DNA of 64,000 nucleotides. Origin: Hydrolagus affinis (lineage: Eukaryota). The stretch spans positions 1-64,000 of the forward strand of contig JAAILG010001536.1 of the NCBI GenBank assembly GCA_012026655.1, read 5' to 3'. Shown here piece after piece: positions 57,782-64,000 of this stretch (position 1 is its first letter; each line of letters begins with the position of its first letter). The notes beneath the pieces are model-generated. The model was not told where the DNA came from, did not search any database, and saw only the letters and a program-made list of their open reading frames with translations. The position numbers and the translations under genes are program-made.

Positions 57782-60700
57782 TTAGATAGTCATTTTAGCC
57801 ATATTCGTCTGGTCAATACGAAGTCCTAGAATAATAGTCAGATCTACCTGGAAGATCTTGACCTCTGCCTATAAATACAACTTGTATACCATACCATAAT
57901 CTTTAGTAAGAGTGTTCTTAAACAATCTCCTGACCGTCTTTGGATGCCATCCTGACGTGAAAAGCGCTATACAAATGTAATTTTGTTGTTGTTGTTGTTG
58001 TTTCTAAGATACTTATTTCTTATCCTCCATGATATAAATATTACAGATTTTATTTTTGGACGGGAGCTAAATAGAAGCAAAATAAATAGAATCTATGCTT
58101 TTTGCTCAGTTTGTTTCCCTAACATTACTTTGCACCGTTCAATAGCTTTTCCTTTATTTTTAAAAATAGTGCTTGATAGTTCAGATTTTCTAAGCAATTA
58201 AATGAAATCGCATCGGAAAAAAAATGATGGCTTTATCTGTTTGATGTTTCTGTCAGATGAGAAAAATGGTGTTTCCTTTGACCTTGGGTCAACAGGAAAA
58301 GAGAAGTTAATGCTGAAAATGTGTGATTTCAATGCTCCAGTAAGCAGTTAGAGCTTTCACAAAGTGTTGTCTCAACACTGTGAGAAATTAAGGCGCATTT
58401 AGAGAAATCAAGTTTGTTAATTATGTTGACTATATCAGCAATGGCTAAATTCTAGCATCTGGGCCAACAACCTCCACATCAAGATGGGAGGTTATGTTCT
58501 AGGCTGACACTCCAAAACAGTGCTGGGGTAGTGCACTGTTGCAATCCACCAAATGAGACTTTAAACCGAGGTCTGTCAGTTCAAGTGGATGCTGAAGATC
58601 ACGTGAGATAATTTGACAAAAGAAGGCAGTCTATCCTAATTCCCAGCCAATAGTCCTACAGACAATTCAGTCATTCATTTCATGAGTTTGTGCTTCCTTG
58701 GTCCATGTGTGGGGTATAAACACTTTGTGACTAGCTTGGACTAGTCGGGCCAAAATGCCTGTTACCGTGCTGTAATGGAGGAATGCTCCATATATCCCTC
58801 TAACATAATAATGAGTCACATGAAACAAATGTAATTGATACCAGCAATGGAACTCAATCCTGGAACACACAGGGGATGTTTTACTGTCACTACAGCAACT
58901 TCAGGTGTTCAGCATTTGTTTTCTACAGCTCTCCCCTTAGAGTGCTGCAGAGTCCCCCACACTGGTAATATCAATCATACTTGCCCTGTATGTGGGAGGA
59001 AACAGAATGCTCTCATTGCACACCGTTTCTCGCAGAGAATGAATGATATGCTTCACCAATTACATGAATTGCATTTAGCATTTCCTCACTTCAAATGGCA
59101 CATTTCAACTTTCTTCCAAAAGTATTTACTCTTAAAAGTGAAAATGAATGTGCAGTGATTGGGAGACCTGGCTTATTATGTGTAATGTAAAATATAAATG
59201 CTGATCAAATGTTAAATATAAATGAAACTAGGAGTGTAATGTCCTTTTGCTTAAACTATTATTTGTTTTGTTTCCTTGGTAAATTTTCTTGCATTCAGTA
59301 TTGTTATCTTGTGTAAAAAAAAGCTTAACAAATTTCCGCAAAGTATGATATTCGCATAATAACTGTGGCAATTGTAACAGAAAGAATAAATTTGTTTGTG
59401 GAGAAAGTGAATTTGAATGCATATATCAACAGCAACACTCTTGACAAATTATTTACCCTGCTCGTCAAACACATAGTCCTCTATAAATTGATGATGCTCA
59501 TGCCTAGGAGGAAGAATTATTTATGGAAATACACAAACATTGACTTTGGTTACTTCCTTTGAGCCCAAATTCAAAGTAATGCAATGAACAAAGGAACTGC
59601 TGATGATTGGAGTGTGTTAGAAAATGGCGGATGTGTCTCCCAAGTGCCTTCTGCTTGTCACATTTAATAAAACTTCAGAGATAAAAAGAAAAAAACGCAA
59701 GGTTAATAAATGGCGGAAGTAAATAAAAGACTGGCAATGCACAACATATCAATGAGCATTTAAATGGCAAAGATGTTAACATTTGATTGTGCCCTTTCAT
59801 TAGAACTCATCGGACCAATAGAGTGTGCACACTGTTAATAGCGAAGCTATAAAAAGCTAATGCATTTCACACCTCTTTTTAAGACATTCTGCAAAATCAA
59901 CTACTATGAGTCGAGTATACGTATGCCAACTCAAAACATAACTTTACATCAAAACTCACTGAAACTGAGCAAGTGCAAAAAAAAATGACACTATAGCAAA
60001 GCCACAGATTTATAAATAAAATGTTCTGTTTGTAATGGTTACTGGAAGAGTAAATTATGCCATCAAACAGAAAATGGCACAATCCTGCAAGCTCTTCTAA
60101 CACCCAGCCTTACCATTTGGAATCGTATATGAAATGTGATTGAATTGCTTCATTAATGAGGGATTATTGTTTTAATGTAATTTGAATATGTTTTGAGCAT
60201 CGCTGGATTTAGCATAGTTTGGTAATCCTAAAAAGGCATTGCCTTTTTTTCAAAAGCTTTTATGTAAAGGCCTTCAATGAAAGAAGATTTTCATTAAAGA
60301 TACAAAATGTGAATAATTTAAGATGAAGAGAATGTTACGTAAGAAAAATGTAGCAGCAGCTTTATACCAGCATCCTCGCATAAACTGCAATTAGGTACGA
60401 GCCAATTTAGCCGGAATGTTAAGAATAAATTTGGATGGACAGATATTAGGGCAATCAGAAGTAGAAGAAACATATAAAATTCAAAGTAACGGTAAGACAA
60501 TGAGCAAAAGGATTAAAATCAGGGAAACCTGAAAGTGATGGAAAGGCAGAGAGCACGTAGTAGTTAAATTGGTAGCCAACAACCAAAATTATTCGGATTA
60601 TATTTTGTTACAAATACTATATATTTAAAATTTTGAAGTTGCATCTTTCCATTAGAGCAAAAAGGAATTTTCATTATAATCTGAAATTTAAACTGAATGT

Positions 60701-61519
60701 GTTTAATTCAGTCTAATTCTAATTTAGTTTTGTAGCAAATGTTCACAATTTTGCTGATAATATACTGTACCAGAAAACCAGAAGAATGAGCTACTGCTGG
60801 CTGACTGGTTGGTCCTGAAGAAAAACAATATGTTACTCTAATCAAATAACTACCTAATTCCTTGTTGAACAAAAGCACAAAATACTGCAGATGCTGGAAA
60901 TCTGAAACAAACACAGAGCTGGGAAAACTCAGCAAATCAGGCAGCATCCATGGAGAAAGGAAAGCGAGTTAACATTTAGGGTCCTTTTGAGTTGGCTGAT
61001 GCAATCTCCCACCACAATCTTAATTGATAGTCTGTTCCACATATTTACTGACCTATATGAAAATAAATTAATTCTAAACAGTCCATTTGACTTCTCTCTT
61101 CTGAGTTTGAATCTGTGGAGTTTGTGACAATGATAAACTATTATTATGGTCCATTTTTCCTGAATTTTTTGTTATCTTAAAAACTTCCATAAGATGTTCC
61201 AATGCTCTGTAAAAAAAATTAGCATTATTTTCTGATGTAATATCAATCCCTTCAGCTATTTAATCCAATATGCTCTTTATTCTCTTTGCCATTGTTCCAC
61301 ACTGCTGAATAACTTCAACTATCCATCCATCAATTCCCTCTTATCTTTTCCAAGCCTTGATAATGCACTTCATATAAAAGTCATGAATGAATAAAGTGAC
61401 AGTAACTTTTGGAACTGATTCTCTGTTAAGTGAAGAACCATTTTTAATAAAATAAAAAATATATACGTATTCTGATGAAAGAGTAAAGGTAGAACAATAC
61501 TTTAGGATGCACCAACACA

Positions 61520-61700
61520 ATAAAACAGGGGACGTATGTTAGTTGTAGTTACAAAGATCAGACACCAGGAAGTTTTTACCCCGAGGGTAATTGATGACTG
61601 GAGCAGGTTGACAGGGAGAATGGTTGAAGACAAGACACTACATTCATTTAAAAGCAGCTTGATGGAAAGGTGGGTGTTCTGGAAGAATGAGATCAAATAG
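61520..61700 (+). mobile_element. CR1 LINE 3' fragment
   Basis: FTPRVIDDWSRLTGRMVEDKTLHSFKSSL resembles the CR1 C-terminal FF-RVV-WN-LP...FK-LD motif. Confidence 0.65.
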
Positions 61701-62957
61701 GCCACTGGGTTTTCTTCATCCAAACCGATCTTGTGAGAGACAGTTTGATGTCTAAAAGTACAGAAACCATTTTGCACATCACAGCGTATCATTAAAAGGA
61801 AAATGCTCAGTTATGTTTTCAAGTTACAGGAACTATTGTGGGACTTGGTATAACAATGCATGAATAACATTTTTTCTTGGAATAAAAGCACATTTACTTA
61901 TTTATGTCCACATGGCAACGGATAACAAATACATTCCTACATATTAGAGTATCAAGTAGACAAAAACAGTTTCCACTCAGACGCAATACTTTTCAGTTTA
62001 TGAATGTTTTCCACCGGCTATTCAGAATACCAACATAAGGCATGGTATCTAGGGGTGCAATACAATGGAACCTTCCACTAGATGACAGTACTCTTGCTAC
62101 CACTAAGTGCTGAAGTTACCTGAAATGTTATATTTATGGCCCAGCTCTGACACTCAGTATTATTCACACTCTCCGCTTTACTGAATCCAATCAAGTATTC
62201 CTAACCCAGATTTGTTCCAGATGCATTGAGCCATAGATGGAATTTAAATTGCTGCATAAACACCATTCAATAGCATGTGTTATATAAAGGAATTAATCAA
62301 AATGCCACAAATAGATATCAGCATATTTTAGTTTTTTGCTGGGTTGGGGTGGTGAGGGTACTTCATTTTAAAACATTTTATACCTTTAATTTTGTTTTCA
62401 AAAGCAGAACAGGAAACAACTACCTTCTACAACAATGCCCCACTATTTGCTGACAGATAAAATAACCAAACCACAAAATAACGCTTAACAATTGCAGACA
62501 ACAAATGTACGATAAAACTGTTGCTGTGACAGCATATTTTGGATGCTAGCTTCACTCTCGTTGCCTGTATAGCTTTAACCACAGGAATTGCTTTCTAAAT
62601 AGTATTCAGACCCAATTCTTTATACACCTCCAGAAATAATTTTGCTGCACCATTTATCTTTACACCAACTTTATTTCATATTCTCATCACTTATAGGAAA
62701 TAAATGGGTGATGTTAGAATTGTTGCAAACAATTTCTTTACACTAAAAGATTGTAATAAAACCAGCAGAACTCAAGGTTCACATCCACAACTCAATTTAT
62801 GGTTGGCAGCATGAACAGTTACAGGAATATTTATTCTTTGCCACACTCCCACTATCTAAAATAGTAAAACTCCAGAAGCAAATAAAATAACATATTCCCT
62901 TTTTGATACCAGTATATGGGATAACTATCCGACCAACAAACTAGATGGGTCATTATC

Positions 62958-63259
62958 GTACAGCTCAGGGGTTAGAGCACTCACCTTACAAACGAGAGAC
63001 CTGGGTTCAATTCCAGGCAGGGCAAAACCTTGGGCAAGTTTCTTTACTCCACATGCCCAATAACAATCCTTCAAAAGACCAAGACTAAATTGGTCATTTC
63101 AATCCACGACTGTTTGTGGGACACTGCTGTGCGCAATTCGCTGCCACGTTTCGCCCACGTATATGCAATGAATTCACTTTGCAGTATATTCTGCGAAGTG
63201 CTTTGAGACATCCAAGAGACATGAAAAGCGCTATATCAAATGCAAGGATTATTATTATT
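62958..63259 (+). mobile_element. tRNA-derived SINE, short variant, well preserved
   Basis: CAGCTCAGGGGTTAGAGCACTCACCTTACAAACGAGAGACCTGGGTTCAATTCC ... GCGCTATATCAAATGCAAGGATTATTATT. Confidence 0.88.
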
Positions 63260-63479
63260 AAGAAACATGTTGCATCATTTTAAAAAGACCTGTGTGGCAT
63301 GGGCTTTTTCAGTACCTACTGTAGTTCAGTACCTCTGTAAACTCCAGTCAGCTCTTTGTAATAATGGGCACAGAGCTTGTTTAACAATTGCTTTGGAAAG
63401 GACTAATGAAAGTAGAGGCACATCTGATATTGCAAACCACCTCTTGTGTTAACCCAATTTTGTTAAATGTTAATGAAAT

Positions 63480-63870
63480 CATAGCCGTCAAAGATTTTCA
63501 GGTGGGACTTCAAAAAGGGGAGAGAGAGAGCAAGGTGGAGGGATGGAGGGAGAGTGTTCCAGAGTTCCTCGGTGTAGAGGCTGAGTGGGCAAATTCCAAT
63601 GGTGGAGCGAAGGAGGAGCGAAAAATGTTGGAGACAAGCAGGAGGTCGGTGCCAGTCAAGCAGAGTCGCCAGGATGGATTGGGGTGTGAGGAGGTCGCAA
63701 TGGGAGGGAGATGCCAGGGAGTGAAGGGATTTGAACACAATTGTGATGTTTTGGCTGCGTTTGGGGTCACAGGCAGGCAATGTGGCGGAGGTGGAGGAAG
63801 GTGTTCTTGGTCAGGGGCGGATGTGGGGAAGGAAGGACAGCTAGGGGTTGAACCGGACGGCTAGATTGCG
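63480..63870 (-). mobile_element. L2 LINE ORF2 C-terminal fragment
   Basis: ORF track shows VFKSLHSLASPSHCDLLTP...ELWNTLPPSLHLALSLPFLKSHLKIF, typical of the L2 ORF2 end. Confidence 0.8.
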
Positions 63871-64000
63871 CACTGATATCACATGGGAAATCATTAGCTG
63901 AGAGAAAGATTTGATTCATCACAGCGGACAGGAGCAGATCAGGTTAAGTTCACACCCTTTACAACGTGGTTACACTTGTTACATCGTAGAACAAAGGGGA

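Noticed and set aside
60708-60947. Possible minus-strand exon (ttcttcag|GPTSQPAVAHSSGFL)
   Set aside because: No recognisable homology or partner exons, and the ORF starts within a Penelope-like repeat.

Overview
Vertebrate genomic DNA, most likely a cartilaginous fish and possibly a chimaera; this is inferred from the repeat content and protein divergence, not established. Two genes lie tail-to-tail. On the + strand is ARHGEF6 (alpha-PIX): I traced 21 coding exons (2-22) from 500 to the TAG at 35331-35333, all with GT-AG boundaries and consistent phases, giving 734 aa (CH-SH3-DH-PH-proline-rich-GIT-binding-coiled coil). Exon 1 is upstream of the window. On the - strand is CD40LG (CD154/TNFSF5), 53861 to 47329. 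Exons 1, 3, 4 and 5 are intact, but the exon-2 (stalk) homolog appears decayed with in-frame stops and could be skipped or shortened in frame. Its proximal promoter has an NFAT/STAT/ETS/RUNX composite element. The rest is intronic or intergenic, with tRNA-derived Deu-type SINEs, L2 and CR1 LINE fragments, two Tigger-type elements, Penelope-like fragments, microsatellites and a 100-N gap. I found no clearly new multi-gene system. The best leads are the degenerate CD40LG exon 2, the conserved CD40LG promoter core, and beta-PIX-like ancestral traits in this alpha-PIX. All comparisons with human proteins are from memory and need alignment to confirm.
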